Position numbers and translations under genes: made by a program
Shown: piece after piece, positions 9,198 to 19,550 of the stretch
Position numbering within the stretch: the first letter of the stretch is position 1
Layout: every line of letters begins with the position of its first letter
The notes under the pieces: model-generated
Told to the model about the DNA's origin: nothing
The model's input: the letters and a program-made list of their open reading frames with translations, nothing else
Databases searched by the model: none
IMG/VR virus record: IMGVR_UViG_2925282926_000001
Coordinates: 1-64,000 of that record
Length of the DNA stretch: 64,000 nucleotides
Direction: 5' to 3' (one strand)
From: a virus
Lineage: Duplodnaviria > Caudoviricetes

Positions 9198-9850
9198 CTG
9201 TCCGCCGTACGGGGCTTCCCCCGCCGTTGGTTCGTGTTTTCAGTTTTCTTTTTCCTCGGCTTCTTTTTAGGCGGAGGTGGATTAATAATCGAATCAATGA
9301 CTTCCTGTTGATGCTTTGGATAATCAGATAACGGTTTTCCCTGCCGGACTCGGTAGACTGCCTCACATATTTTGGCGATGATATATGCGTCCACCACGTT
9401 ATTGTTCGGATGAGAATATCCAAAGTACTTAAGCGCACCTTCCGACATTGCTCCCTTCTTTTCTTCTTCTCCCTCAAGCCTGACGCTCTTACCATCGACA
9501 ATTTTAAAGCCTGTAACTCCGACGTATTTTTTAACTGCAGTCGGCGCCACTTCTTTAAGAAACAAACCTTTCCGAACGATCATGCTCTCAAGGCCGCCAT
9601 GGATCTTAGCTGTGGTGATCAACATTTTATTTCCGTTCGCTATTCCTTCTTTCAAAATCTGATCGCCCGGTAGCAAAAGTCTAAACAATTGGTTTTCGAG
9701 TGAGATACGCTGTTCAAGGGTGATCCCTCCCGGCCGATCCTTACCTTTACCTCTAAAGCTGGTTTCAAGCACCGGGTTACCATCTTCGTCCAATGCTACT
9801 ACTCCCGTTTCCGTTGCTGGATCTACACCAACAAATCTCATGTTCTTCAC
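9161..9850 (-). CDS. RuvC-like Holliday junction resolvase
   Basis: RFVGVDPATETGVV, VAPTAVKKYVG, NNNVVDAYIIA. Confidence 0.8.
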   Translation of the reverse strand: MKNMRFVGVDPATETGVVALDEDGNPVLETSFRGKGKDRPGGITLEQRISLENQLFRLLLPGDQILKEGIANGNKMLITTAKIHGGLESMIVRKGLFLKEVAPTAVKKYVGVTGFKIVDGKSVRLEGEEEKKGAMSEGALKYFGYSHPNNNVVDAYIIAKICEAVYRVRQGKPLSDYPKHQQEVIDSIINPPPPKKKPRKKKTENTNQRRGKPRTADSCAQNTEQTCLF

Positions 9851-9852
9851 CT

Positions 9853-10230
9853 CTAATCATCCAACCATGATGATACTTTAGATGCTGTTTTTGGCGGCTC
9901 CGCCGGCTGTTTTGGAGCCTGTTTCGCCTCGGTCGGTGTATTTGTTTTCGGTGCTGTTTGAGGTGTCTCAGTAGGCTCTGAAAGGTCCTGATACGACCAC
10001 CCCATCTGGTCGTAATATGCAGCCCTTGATGGGTCCGCCTGCACTTCCTTGCCTCGGCTATATTCCTGGACCAGTTTCGATGTCACAATCAGCACATTCC
10101 TGTTCTTCTCGTGTTTGTCGTGGTTGAGTGGGTCAGGCGTGTCTTCAAAGTCTTCGATCTCATCAGACAACCGTTGCATACCCTGGATAGCCTTTGCCAA
10201 CTGTGTGTCATTCTCTATGCGACGACTCAT
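9853..10230 (-). CDS. Hypothetical protein
   Basis: ATGA overlap with the helicase gene. Confidence 0.55.
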   Translation of the reverse strand: MSRRIENDTQLAKAIQGMQRLSDEIEDFEDTPDPLNHDKHEKNRNVLIVTSKLVQEYSRGKEVQADPSRAAYYDQMGWSYQDLSEPTETPQTAPKTNTPTEAKQAPKQPAEPPKTASKVSSWLDD

Positions 10231-11612
10231 GATGCCAGGTCCTTTTCTCTCCGCTGCTTCCTGATCTCTTCAGTAATGTTCAGGAACTTCATGAACGGTT
10301 TGTCGAAGACCATGCTTACTGTTCCAGTACCAGCGTTTCTACCTTTAGCAACAATCAGATCTATCAGCCCTTTCCTGCGGCTTGAAGCATCATAGTAATC
10401 TTCTCTGTGCAGAAGGATAATGACGTCGCCGTCAGACTCGATGTTTCCACAATCTCGAATGTCGCTCATACTCGGACGCTTATCTTGCTTCTTCTCAACC
10501 TCACGGTTCATAGCAGCCAGGGCCACAACCGGGATATCAAAGTCACGAGCAATCTTTTTGAGCTCTGCGGAAATGTGAGCATACTTTTCGGCGTTGCTTC
10601 TGAATTTCTCGTTCGTAGTAAGGTGTTGCAAGTAATCAACATACAGAATCATTTTCGGGTAAATCTTGACCATTTCAGCAACCATAGCTCGAATTGCCTC
10701 AATCTTAGGCGAAACTGTATCATCAATGAATATGTTTCGTTCTCCTATTAACTCAAGAGCCAAGAGGTATTTGTTCCAATCCGATTCACGCATCTGGCCT
10801 GACTTCATTCGGGATAGTTCAATCCTGCCAACTGCTGAAATCATTCTTTCAAGCATATTTATTGACTTGTCTTCACCGGATATCATCAGAGCAGCCGTAC
10901 CATCTTCTGTACTGGCAAAGGCATCGTTACACATCCACGCCGACTTACCCATAGATGGCCTTGCAGCAACGATAATCAAATCCTGTTTCTGGTGGCCCTT
11001 GCTCAATCGGTTGAAGTCGTCCGAACAGCTCTTGATACCAGTGACCTCGCCCTTGATCATTTCACGCCTGCGAAGCTCCTTCTTGTGTTCAGCGAACAGA
11101 GAAGCGATATTTGCAGCAGGATTGCCCCTTGCCGTACGTTGCGCTATGTCCTCAATCCGGTCCAGTTCCTCCCGAATCTCCTTGGCACTAAGTCCACTGT
11201 TAGCAATTTCATTCCGAGCCTTTTCCATTTCCCGTCCAGCGTGGGCCGTGTTTATGATCTGTTCGAAGTGCCGGAAGCTTTCGATATTCTCTGTAATCGT
11301 TGCTTCATGAATCTTGAGAAAATACGATGGACCGCCGACCTCGAACAACTTTTCTTTCCAATGGCTTGCCATAATTGCTAAGTTAAACGGGTCGGGTTCT
11401 TTACCGAACTTCTTGTAAGCAAACTTGAGCATTTGAAAGATCGTTCCATGATTCCATGCAGGGCTGAATGATTGGCTTGTTAACCTCACATCTTCCATCC
11501 TGTTTTTGTTCTTTAAGATGGAACCCAGGTACTGTAATTCAGCTTCGTACAGTGGGTTGTACTCCGGTACAATCGGTCTGTCGTCACGAGGATCGTCAAA
11601 GTGGTCAGTCAT
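10227..11612 (-). CDS. Replicative DNA helicase (DnaB family)
   Basis: Walker A AARPSMGKS, YVDYLQ, RPSMSDIRDCGNIESDGD, KGRNAGTG. Confidence 0.93.
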   Translation of the reverse strand: MTDHFDDPRDDRPIVPEYNPLYEAELQYLGSILKNKNRMEDVRLTSQSFSPAWNHGTIFQMLKFAYKKFGKEPDPFNLAIMASHWKEKLFEVGGPSYFLKIHEATITENIESFRHFEQIINTAHAGREMEKARNEIANSGLSAKEIREELDRIEDIAQRTARGNPAANIASLFAEHKKELRRREMIKGEVTGIKSCSDDFNRLSKGHQKQDLIIVAARPSMGKSAWMCNDAFASTEDGTAALMISGEDKSINMLERMISAVGRIELSRMKSGQMRESDWNKYLLALELIGERNIFIDDTVSPKIEAIRAMVAEMVKIYPKMILYVDYLQHLTTNEKFRSNAEKYAHISAELKKIARDFDIPVVALAAMNREVEKKQDKRPSMSDIRDCGNIESDGDVIILLHREDYYDASSRRKGLIDLIVAKGRNAGTGTVSMVFDKPFMKFLNITEEIRKQRREKDLAS

Positions 11613-12021
11613 CTATATCGTCACCACCGAACCGCGTAGCAGACATTCTACTTCCCATCTGATCAATAGCTCTTTCCACCGCATCCGGCATAGGCACACA
11701 TTCATTTTCAGGTGTTTCGATGGAAAGCATGAGTTCTTTATGCTCTATCGCCTGCTGATCGTAAACTGATAACTGCTTTTTACCTTTTAAGATGTCTGAA
11801 ATGGTTGGTTCAAAGTGGACGTTATCAATATGCGTGTTCAACGCCTCTAACGCTTCATTAAGCGTGATTCCGTTCAAACTCAACCGTTCATGCCATATCT
11901 CAGCAGTAGGGCTGGAAACGACTCTTCCTTGCCCATCCTTATTCGTTATAAGGGTAAAGTTCGGGTAAGCTCTCTTGATCTTGGACAGCAGTCCGATTGT
12001 CTCCGCCATCGTTATGACCAT
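11605..12021 (-). CDS. Replicative helicase loader/inhibitor (G39P-like)
   Basis: LL..IKRAYPNF ... W...L ... HIDN..FEPTISDI; lies between initiator and helicase. Confidence 0.7.
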   Translation of the reverse strand: MVITMAETIGLLSKIKRAYPNFTLITNKDGQGRVVSSPTAEIWHERLSLNGITLNEALEALNTHIDNVHFEPTISDILKGKKQLSVYDQQAIEHKELMLSIETPENECVPMPDAVERAIDQMGSRMSATRFGGDDIDD

Positions 12022-12838
12022 TACCGTTCACCTCGTTCATGTACAATTGTTTCATGTCCTCAAAATCATCATGAGCCTGTTGACTACGGTTTTTGTAACC
12101 ACCTGATTTCTGTTGGTCAGAAAGATGTTTCTCGTATTTCATTCGCAGCCAACCACCTTTCTTGAAGACTGCATAATCGCTTGCGTAAAATTTATCAACG
12201 GAAAGTTTATAAGAGCTGAGTACATCTATCATCCAGGTAAATCCTTCTTGCCCAAACTCATTCAGTAGCTTTGTGTGTTCCTCCGGTTTGAGCCACACTT
12301 CCTCTGCGTACTCCTGCTTGCCTTCACGACTCTTTGCCAGCTTGGTTTTAGAAGCCATTTCTTTAGCAGCTCCCTTATTGTTTTTATTATCTTTCTTTAT
12401 ACTTTCTTTCTTTTCTTTCTTAGGTGGTCTATTGTCCACCACTTCTGGTGTATGATCGTCCACCTCATAGGTGGGCAACTGTCCACCAGTAGATTTATTT
12501 TCTTGTGGTGGACTATTGTCACCCACTAGCCATTGATCCGTGTACTTATTGAATCCAATATAGCGCCCATACTTTCCCTTGGCTGGTCTGTGAACCACCA
12601 ACACTTTTATATCCAACAAGTGATTAAGTTCTTTCTTTACACCCCGTAGGTCGCTCTGCAAGGCAGTAGCAAGAAAGGTGGCTGACAACTCGGCAGATTT
12701 CCGGCGCCACCCGTATGTCTGGCGCCAGACGATCAAGAGAATTCGAAGTTGTGTGCCGTTAAATTTGTGCCTGGCAACCTCTTCAATGACCTCGTTTGCC
12801 ACTCGGGTGAATCCATCGGAAAGCTCCGGTCCTGCCAT
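11939..12838 (-). CDS. Phage replication initiator (lambda O-like N-terminus)
   Basis: DGFTRVANEVIE...Q.RILL..WRQTYGW..K; internal iterons. Confidence 0.85.
   Translation of the reverse strand: MAGPELSDGFTRVANEVIEEVARHKFNGTQLRILLIVWRQTYGWRRKSAELSATFLATALQSDLRGVKKELNHLLDIKVLVVHRPAKGKYGRYIGFNKYTDQWLVGDNSPPQENKSTGGQLPTYEVDDHTPEVVDNRPPKKEKKESIKKDNKNNKGAAKEMASKTKLAKSREGKQEYAEEVWLKPEEHTKLLNEFGQEGFTWMIDVLSSYKLSVDKFYASDYAVFKKGGWLRMKYEKHLSDQQKSGGYKNRSQQAHDDFEDMKQLYMNEVNGNGHNDGGDNRTAVQDQESLPELYPYNE
12380..12530. repeat. Replication origin: four ~20-bp iterons plus a pyrimidine/AT tract inside the initiator gene
   Basis: GGTGGTCTATTGTCCACCAC, GGTGTATGATCGTCCACCTC, GGTGGGCAACTGTCCACCAG, GGTGGACTATTGTCACCCAC. 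Confidence 0.75.
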
Positions 12839-12851
12839 TCAATTCACCCGC

Positions 12852-13571
12852 TTACTGTACTGTTGTATGACGTTCTGCAATACGTCCTCTCAGCCGATCT
12901 ACCAATTTCTCTAAGTCAGACTCCTTCGCGTCAATGTCGTGCTCCTTCCACCACTCCAGCACCGTTTCTGCAATGCCTGAAGGGTCTTCCAACTGCGGCT
13001 CAACCACATATCCGTTAATCATTCCGTTAATGAGTTTCCGTCCATTCTCAATAGAGAACCTACGAAGAGTGTTGATTTCATCACGCCATATGTCATCACA
13101 CTGATAAGGACTAATCATCCATCTCATGACCGTATCCAAGTCATCACCGTTACGCTTGAATGATTCCAGCGCCTGCACTACCTCGCGTGGTAACGTCTGA
13201 ATTTCGTTGTGAGTGACGGCACGTTCCACAGTGTTAAGCAGTGCAAGCTTGTCGTTATGCAATTCAACGATTGTCTGACCATGCTTCGTCAGATCTGATA
13301 ACGCCCTGTCACGCTGCCCCAGTGCTTCGTCCCGTTGCGCCAAGATTTCGTCATATTGCTTCTGGCTGTATGTTTTAACTTCTTTCAGGACGATTGCATT
13401 TTTATATGGGATTTCGTGACCAGAACGGTTCCCATCAATGAGTTGGAATGGAGTCGTTAAATCAAGCACTCCAATTGTCAATCTGCGGGCGTTGTATTTC
13501 TCCCCTGCATGGAACCACACGCCACCTTTTGCCTTATAATTTGCCACTATTTTAATTTGAACTGTATTCAT
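12852..13571 (-). CDS. Hypothetical protein (DUF1642-like C-terminus)
   Basis: LPREVVQALE...LINGMINGYVVE. Confidence 0.55.
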   Translation of the reverse strand: MNTVQIKIVANYKAKGGVWFHAGEKYNARRLTIGVLDLTTPFQLIDGNRSGHEIPYKNAIVLKEVKTYSQKQYDEILAQRDEALGQRDRALSDLTKHGQTIVELHNDKLALLNTVERAVTHNEIQTLPREVVQALESFKRNGDDLDTVMRWMISPYQCDDIWRDEINTLRRFSIENGRKLINGMINGYVVEPQLEDPSGIAETVLEWWKEHDIDAKESDLEKLVDRLRGRIAERHTTVQ

Positions 13572-14329
13572 GTGCTGACCACCTCGATTTCATAATGTGT
13601 TCCTGCTATAAAACCCTTCTGCCGGAGCGCCGCTTTCACGGTCATTTCCGCCAGGATCGGACTGTTGTTATTACTGGATAAGTGCGTCAGATATATGCGT
13701 TCTCCCTTGCCTCTGATAAGCTTCTGTAGGGCTTCCGCTGTCTGTTGGTTGCTTAGGTGTCCCAAGTCGCTGAGGATACGAGATTGGACGCTGAGAGGGT
13801 AATCCGATGCGACCACCATGTCTGGGTCGTGATTGCTTTCAACGATGTATATGTGTCCTTCCATGAGCGACAACATATCGTCATCTACCTTACCTGTATC
13901 AAACACCACACAAGTCCGTAGTCCGTTATTATCTGGTTCGATCGCATAGCCTACTGGCTCATATGCATCGTGGTGAGTCTTGAAGGGGTACAAATGCACC
14001 CCGCCAAGCTCTATCATTTCGTACTTGCTGTACCTGGTTTCAACCACCCGACGCAGATCCTCGTCTACACCAGAGATACCTTTCCACTCACCATCTGTTG
14101 CCCATACTTTAATCCGGTACTTGTTCGCTAATGGAAGGCCCTTGATGTGGTCACCGTGGGCATGAGTGATAAAGATGTCCGTTACCTGGTCTGGTCGAAT
14201 ACCACACTCAAGCAGCCGCTTGGCAATCTTGGTCTTGGCAACACCTGCGTCAATCAGGATCGTGCGTCCTTCATTTGTGAGTGCGATGCAGTTTCCGCCT
14301 GATCCGGATGCAATGATATCGACCTTCAT
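13568..14329 (-). CDS. Metallo-beta-lactamase-fold hydrolase (YycJ-like nuclease)
   Basis: ASGSGGN, THAHGDH, HDAYEP, ESNHD, GHLSN, HLS. Confidence 0.9.
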   Translation of the reverse strand: MKVDIIASGSGGNCIALTNEGRTILIDAGVAKTKIAKRLLECGIRPDQVTDIFITHAHGDHIKGLPLANKYRIKVWATDGEWKGISGVDEDLRRVVETRYSKYEMIELGGVHLYPFKTHHDAYEPVGYAIEPDNNGLRTCVVFDTGKVDDDMLSLMEGHIYIVESNHDPDMVVASDYPLSVQSRILSDLGHLSNQQTAEALQKLIRGKGERIYLTHLSSNNNSPILAEMTVKAALRQKGFIAGTHYEIEVVST

Positions 14330-14931
14330 GATTCGGATTGTCCTTCAAACAAGGCCGCCTTCTCTTGTAAACTTTTGAGCATGCTCGGGATATTCAATCG
14401 ACCGATCATATCGGCAGACAACTGGTCACGCAGATTCTTTTCAAGTGTGTTAATCACGCTTTGTTCTGCCTTTTGCCGTGCTTCCGCAATTAATGTAGAT
14501 ACTTTACTCTCAAGTTCTTTGCCGAGCATATCTTTGACAAAGTACTCATGAATCGTGAACTTTGCGTCCCTGTCGTAGCTTGGAGTTCTGCCATGTTCGT
14601 CAAACACTTTCCGTTTAAGGAAGTCGTCATACTTCTCACCCACAAACTCACTAAACGATAAATGCTTGGTTTCAGAGCTCCAGGTACCTGTTTTGACTGG
14701 GATGGTGATGTCCTTAATCCGTTCTTCAAACACTTTCACAAGGAATTCATCCGATACTTTATCAGCAGCTTCTTTAATTTTTGTTTCAATAGATTCACGA
14801 GTCTGGGTTTCCACTTTACGTATAAGGCGATCCTGCAACCCGCTTATTACTTGATCTTTGATTGCATCTGAGACAGTTCCACTTTCCTCATCAAACCAAT
14901 CTAATTCCAATTCAATTTTCAATTTAGCCAT
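14326..14931 (-). CDS. Hypothetical phage protein
   Basis: Long coupled ORF. Confidence 0.6.
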   Translation of the reverse strand: MAKLKIELELDWFDEESGTVSDAIKDQVISGLQDRLIRKVETQTRESIETKIKEAADKVSDEFLVKVFEERIKDITIPVKTGTWSSETKHLSFSEFVGEKYDDFLKRKVFDEHGRTPSYDRDAKFTIHEYFVKDMLGKELESKVSTLIAEARQKAEQSVINTLEKNLRDQLSADMIGRLNIPSMLKSLQEKAALFEGQSES

Positions 14932-15150
14932 TTATATAGCACGCTCCCTTTTTATTCGATTCTGCCATTCCTTCGGATGTTTGCACCCGAGGGCAGGCTC
15001 TTCGTAATGCCGCTTGCCAAGCATGAAAGATACAAACTTGTCAGTGGCCTTTTCGTAATACATTCCGTTTAGTACTGGGGCCGGAGGCGGCCCCTTTGGT
15101 TCGGTCAAGCTGCTGAACAAGTCGAGTTGCACGGGCTTGCCGTCTTTCAT
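14932..15150 (-). CDS. Hypothetical protein
   Basis: GGAGG RBS; QLDLF motif. Confidence 0.5.
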   Translation of the reverse strand: MKDGKPVQLDLFSSLTEPKGPPPAPVLNGMYYEKATDKFVSFMLGKRHYEEPALGCKHPKEWQNRIKRERAI

Positions 15151-15292
15151 CGGTTATCGCCTCCAGTGATGTCTTGCAATCGCCGCATACGCGCCGGCCC
15201 CTATTGTACTGCTCACGCCCTGACGATATTTCTTTCCCGCACACCTGACAGTCCGGACAAAGCCTGAATATTTCGACCTTGTACCCCATGGC

Positions 15293-16180
15293 TTACACAG
15301 GAAGGTCGTCGGCGGCAGCTTGGATTTGAAGATCCATAATTTTCAGATAGCCCTTGATCTCTGCAATGGTCGGTTCCGAACCTTTTGTCTTGCAAAACTC
15401 CTGCATGTGAGCTCCCATAGCTTCTTTGTCAGTAATTCCGAGCTGTTTATACTTCTGCTTCATTTCAGCTTTCAGTTTTTGTTTTTCCGATTCTTCTGTA
15501 CCACCGTCAGTAGTTTCAGGCTGTGTAATAGCTGGAGTTGGTGGAGTTTCTGGTGTGATGTCTCTACGCTCATATGGTGAGTTTTCAGCAGGTGCTGCAG
15601 TTGGTTCATCCTCTGATACCTCGATTCCATATTGGCGTTTAAAGGCTCTTTTAATGGCGTGCTTTACGATCATGTCGTCAAAATAGTCCTTCCACATCTG
15701 ACCATTACGGCCTTTAACCAAATGCTCAATTTGATCCCTACGGACGATGACCAGAATATTAGGTGCATCCTCTCTGTAAGCGATGCAGTACGCACCGATG
15801 GTTTCCCCAGGGTTCATTACATCCGGTTCGTGTTCCACTTCTCCCGTATGCATCTTAGCTTTGAAAAGGTCATTAGCTCGAATCTCAGAAGCAATAAAGC
15901 CTTTGTACTGTGGGTGCTTCTTCGCGAGGGCCACAATCCCCTCAACAGCAATCTGCATGCTCATGACAGGGCCGTCTTTTCCGTTGTATACGATGCAAAA
16001 GATTTGATTAAGAAACGGGTCCAAACCTGTTCTGACACAAGTCTGAACGAATAGAGCGAATTGCTCATTGCTCGTTCCTTTTGCAATGGTTGATTTCAAT
16101 GTGTCCAGGTGTTTTTGTGTGTAGCTACCTACAACCACCTCTTCATTAATGGCTTGCAGTTGGTTATTGGAATTTGACAT
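15293..16180 (-). CDS. RecT/Bet-family single-strand annealing recombinase
   Basis: FALFVQTC..TGLDPFLNQI, W.DYFDDMIVKHAIKRAFK. Confidence 0.85.
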   Translation of the reverse strand: MSNSNNQLQAINEEVVVGSYTQKHLDTLKSTIAKGTSNEQFALFVQTCVRTGLDPFLNQIFCIVYNGKDGPVMSMQIAVEGIVALAKKHPQYKGFIASEIRANDLFKAKMHTGEVEHEPDVMNPGETIGAYCIAYREDAPNILVIVRRDQIEHLVKGRNGQMWKDYFDDMIVKHAIKRAFKRQYGIEVSEDEPTAAPAENSPYERRDITPETPPTPAITQPETTDGGTEESEKQKLKAEMKQKYKQLGITDKEAMGAHMQEFCKTKGSEPTIAEIKGYLKIMDLQIQAAADDLPV

Positions 16181-16194
16181 GGGCTTGTAGCCTC

Positions 16195-16347
16195 CTATGA
16201 TTTAATGATTTTGGTGGATTGAGTATTGCGGTTAACGATGTGCAGTGAGCCAGGTTCTGCTTTGTATACGAGCCAGTTGTCTGGAACAAGTTTGGCAGCA
16301 GCAATGGCCTGTTTCTGGCGGCGTGATGGGTTCTTTCCGTTCTTCAT
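16195..16347 (-). CDS. Small basic phage protein (not in ORF track)
   Basis: MKNGKNPSRRQKQAIAAAKLVPDNWLVYKAEPGSLHIVNRNTQSTKIIKS; ATGA overlap with the upstream gene. Confidence 0.6.
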   Translation of the reverse strand: MKNGKNPSRRQKQAIAAAKLVPDNWLVYKAEPGSLHIVNRNTQSTKIIKS

Positions 16348-16736
16348 CGAACGTTATCCTCTGGTGACCAGGCAATTGGCAATCCCAATATATCAGCGGC
16401 CATTCTTAACGCTATACGTGCTCCCCGATCTTTTTCGGAGTTGGTCGAAAATCTATCGAACAAGCCACTGAATGCACTCTGATCGGAAACAGATACCTGT
16501 GTTGGTGGAAACAACTCTGCTGCCGGGGCTGGAAGTGCAAGAACCTCTCCAATTAAATCGTTCAAGGCATCCCTCAGATCCATTGCCTCTGCTATAGTCA
16601 GGTCAAAATTCGGAGTATCTTCAAGGAAAGGGAATGCAACTTGGACAATTCCCTCCCGCTCCACTTTCCTAAGCACCATTAGGTTCAATGCTCTATTAAA
16701 GGCGGTCCAACCTTTGTAAACTACTGTTCTAATCAT
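16344..16736 (-). CDS. Hypothetical protein
   Basis: GGAGG RBS, coupled. Confidence 0.5.
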   Translation of the reverse strand: MIRTVVYKGWTAFNRALNLMVLRKVEREGIVQVAFPFLEDTPNFDLTIAEAMDLRDALNDLIGEVLALPAPAAELFPPTQVSVSDQSAFSGLFDRFSTNSEKDRGARIALRMAADILGLPIAWSPEDNVR

Positions 16737-18313
16737 CGCAACGCTACCTCCGCATCTATTTTCAGTTCTTGGTCTTCAACTACTCGCCCTGTAATCAGTT
16801 GGTCGTACACAGCCACACGGCCTGTGTAACTCTCTATGTTGTCGATAAAGGTCGGTACGATCAGTTCTGATTGCTTGAACAAAACTTCTGTCAGTTCAAG
16901 ACCTGCTTCAATGCGTTCACCAGTGGATAACGCCAGGTAATCCTTGCCGTCCATTTGGATGCTGAAATCAGGTTCGTATTCGCCTTTTGTCTTCACGTAC
17001 TTGAAAAGGCGGATCGTAAGAGTTGTGAAGAGGGATTGCACCTTCTTGGCTTGCAGTTCAGCTTCTTTGGCTTTATAGGACTTAATTGCGTCCAGGATAA
17101 AGACCGATTCTTTCAGGGTAGTAAGCGTGTCTGTTTCGGCCTGCTTCGCTGCTGCAACATCTGCCTCAAGTTGAGCCCGGGCATTCTGATTTCGGATATC
17201 AGACAGAACAACTTCCAACTGATCCTCGAACTCACGAACCTGTTTTGGAAGGTCACCCACATCGATAGGAACAATGGCGGCGAGCTCTGTTTCCAGTTCA
17301 TTGCGCTTGTCGATCAAGGCTTGATGTGCTTCTCGGGCTTTAGCTACACGAGCGTCCTTGTTTTCTCGTGCTGTGGTGACTGCCTTTTCATCTAATCCCT
17401 GATTACATGTCGGGCATTTATCTTCAATCGCTTCCCCGTGAAGTACCAGGAATCGTTCCTTGCTTTGTGCAATTTGATCTTGTTGCAGTGCAATCCGGCT
17501 TTTCAGTTCAAACTGGGCTTTCTGAACTTCATGTGCTTTAGCCGGAAATTCATCAGCCACCTTGATCTGCTCTCGCAATTCAGCTTCCAAAGCCTGCAAT
17601 GACTCAATATTCTCACCTGAACTTGCGGGTAATTTATCAAGTTGCTCCTGTAGCGTCTTTGTCCGGCTCTGAGCGGCAATGTGCTGTTTCTCCAGCTTCG
17701 ATTTCTGCCCCCCGGTGCCGCCGTGAATCTTCTGCAGATCATCCAGTGTGTGTTTCTTCATTAGCTCATTCAACTTCTCAGCTGCAGGGTTAAGTGTGAT
17801 TTCCTTTGGTTTCTGGTCTGGTGCTGTCCGGCTCATTTCTTGAGAGACTTCTTTCTTGGCAGGCTGTGTGGTGTACTTCATAATCTGCTCCCGCTGCTTG
17901 CTCCAGTGCTTCCCGAAAAAGTAAATGGGGTTGTAGAAGGACAAGAATTCATCTTTGTCAAACAACTCGGCTACCGCAGCCTCGAACTCTTTGGCCTTCG
18001 TTGGAACGTCATTGATGTAAAACGAGTTGGTTCCGTTCTCGATCTCCCGAGCAAACTTGATAGGCACCCCATCAACTTGGAGAATCGTAGAAGCAAACAC
18101 CCTGTCAAACTCATAGTTGGTTGGTGATGGGTTGTATTTGTTGCCGAACAGATCTGTTCCGTACAGTGTCCAGACTGGAGCTGTACCAATTGAAGTTTTA
18201 CCCTGACCGTTCTTACCTGACAGGCGAGTAACATCCCCGTACTCCACTTTCTTGGACCGGAGTCCCGCGAAGTTGATAACCTCTGATTCGATTAAGCGCA
18301 CATGCTTTGCCAC
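16733..18313 (-). CDS. Rad50/SbcC-like ABC ATPase
   Basis: Walker A GKNGQGKT, coiled coil with CPTC zinc hook, LSTGE signature, FIDN Walker B. Confidence 0.85.
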   Translation of the reverse strand: MAKHVRLIESEVINFAGLRSKKVEYGDVTRLSGKNGQGKTSIGTAPVWTLYGTDLFGNKYNPSPTNYEFDRVFASTILQVDGVPIKFAREIENGTNSFYINDVPTKAKEFEAAVAELFDKDEFLSFYNPIYFFGKHWSKQREQIMKYTTQPAKKEVSQEMSRTAPDQKPKEITLNPAAEKLNELMKKHTLDDLQKIHGGTGGQKSKLEKQHIAAQSRTKTLQEQLDKLPASSGENIESLQALEAELREQIKVADEFPAKAHEVQKAQFELKSRIALQQDQIAQSKERFLVLHGEAIEDKCPTCNQGLDEKAVTTARENKDARVAKAREAHQALIDKRNELETELAAIVPIDVGDLPKQVREFEDQLEVVLSDIRNQNARAQLEADVAAAKQAETDTLTTLKESVFILDAIKSYKAKEAELQAKKVQSLFTTLTIRLFKYVKTKGEYEPDFSIQMDGKDYLALSTGERIEAGLELTEVLFKQSELIVPTFIDNIESYTGRVAVYDQLITGRVVEDQELKIDAEVALR

Positions 18314-18899
18314 TTGCTTTCCTCGCTTCCTGTGATATGATGATTGCGAATAGTTTTCTTATGGACCGCTCTCTAATGGGCGGCTTTTTTTGTGTCTTCT
18401 GGTCGTTCCATTTCCCACGGATCAAGTCTGCGAACCGGTATTGCTATCGTGCAATTGACAGCCACTAGCATGCACCTCAGACAGTGCGGCTGTGCTGATT
18501 CATACACCGCATACTCGGCACCCTTTTTGCCGCACTTACAATTTACTCTCACTGCTCCCCTCACCTCCTCTCAGTTCCTTTCTGATTCGGTTGTACTTCA
18601 TCTGGTGAGCTTCGCTTGGGAAAGCGAACTTGGGATAGCGCAGATCGTACAAGTGCTGTCCTCCAGATTGAGCCAGTGCTTTAAGGTCCAACGGATCGTC
18701 ACTTGCTTTGATTCGAATTGACAGGTGCATCGGATTGGATGGAGTGCTCATAACCATCACCGCTTGCCGGAAAGCTGCCGGTTGTACTTGTTGTACTGCC
18801 CCCGGGCATGCAGGGCGATTAGCAGACGGCCTTGCTGGTACATCTTGCCTTCGAAGGTTTCAAAGAATGAGCATAATTCCTGCAATTGCTGTTCCGTTT

Positions 18900-19274
18900 T
18901 CATTTGGTCACCGTCTTTCTTCTGGGTTTAGGCGCTGCTTTTAATCCGAGGCTGATCATTAATGGATGCTCCATCTGCTTCAAAATCTCAGGTGTGAGCG
19001 ACCCGAACTGGTAATCTAATCGGGTTTTGTCAATCGTCCGAATCTGCTCAAACATTACAACCGATGGTTTGCGCATCCCCTCTTTGATCCCGATAGGGAA
19101 GTGAGTCGGCATCAAGCGTTTGTCCTCACCATCTGTGATCGCTACAACAATGACTGTTGGGGAAAACTCATTGCCCACATCGTTCTGGATAACCAGACCC
19201 GGACGGTAACCCTGTTGTTCGCTCCCTTCGCCGTCTCCGTAATTGATCATGAACAGCCCACCGCGTTTGATCAT
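18900..19274 (-). CDS. PemK/MazF-family endoribonuclease
   Basis: GSEQQGYRPGLVIQNDVGN.FSPTVIV.AIT, EQIRTIDKTRL. Confidence 0.9.
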   Translation of the reverse strand: MIKRGGLFMINYGDGEGSEQQGYRPGLVIQNDVGNEFSPTVIVVAITDGEDKRLMPTHFPIGIKEGMRKPSVVMFEQIRTIDKTRLDYQFGSLTPEILKQMEHPLMISLGLKAAPKPRRKTVTK

Positions 19275-19525
19275 GTCAGTTGCGCCTCCAGCTCATCGAG
19301 TAATTGCGTGAAGTGCTGAACTAAATCCATTTGGTCATTGCACTGAGCGGCATAAGCAGCTTCTTTGTAACCATCTAACTTGTGGACCAAAGTGGCGTTA
19401 GCTTGCAGACAGTGCATTAACTCCATCCATTCGGCAGGTGGAAGTTTAAACGTTCCTCCTGTTTTTCCTGCTTTGATCGTCAGTTCTGCCAAGCGGCGAT
19501 GAACCGGGTGAATTGCGATAGACAT
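19271..19525 (-). CDS. Hypothetical protein
   Basis: ATGA-coupled to mazF-like gene. Confidence 0.6.
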   Translation of the reverse strand: MSIAIHPVHRRLAELTIKAGKTGGTFKLPPAEWMELMHCLQANATLVHKLDGYKEAAYAAQCNDQMDLVQHFTQLLDELEAQLT

Positions 19526-19550
19526 GTGTGTGTGCCCCTTTCAATTCGGT

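Noticed and set aside
10666-11310. 214-aa plus-strand ORF
   Set aside because: Antisense shadow of the helicase.
16733-18313. SMC-like protein as the Lamassu LmuB or a Wadjet partner
   Set aside because: It sits in the phage recombination operon 15 kb from the effector, in a different element.
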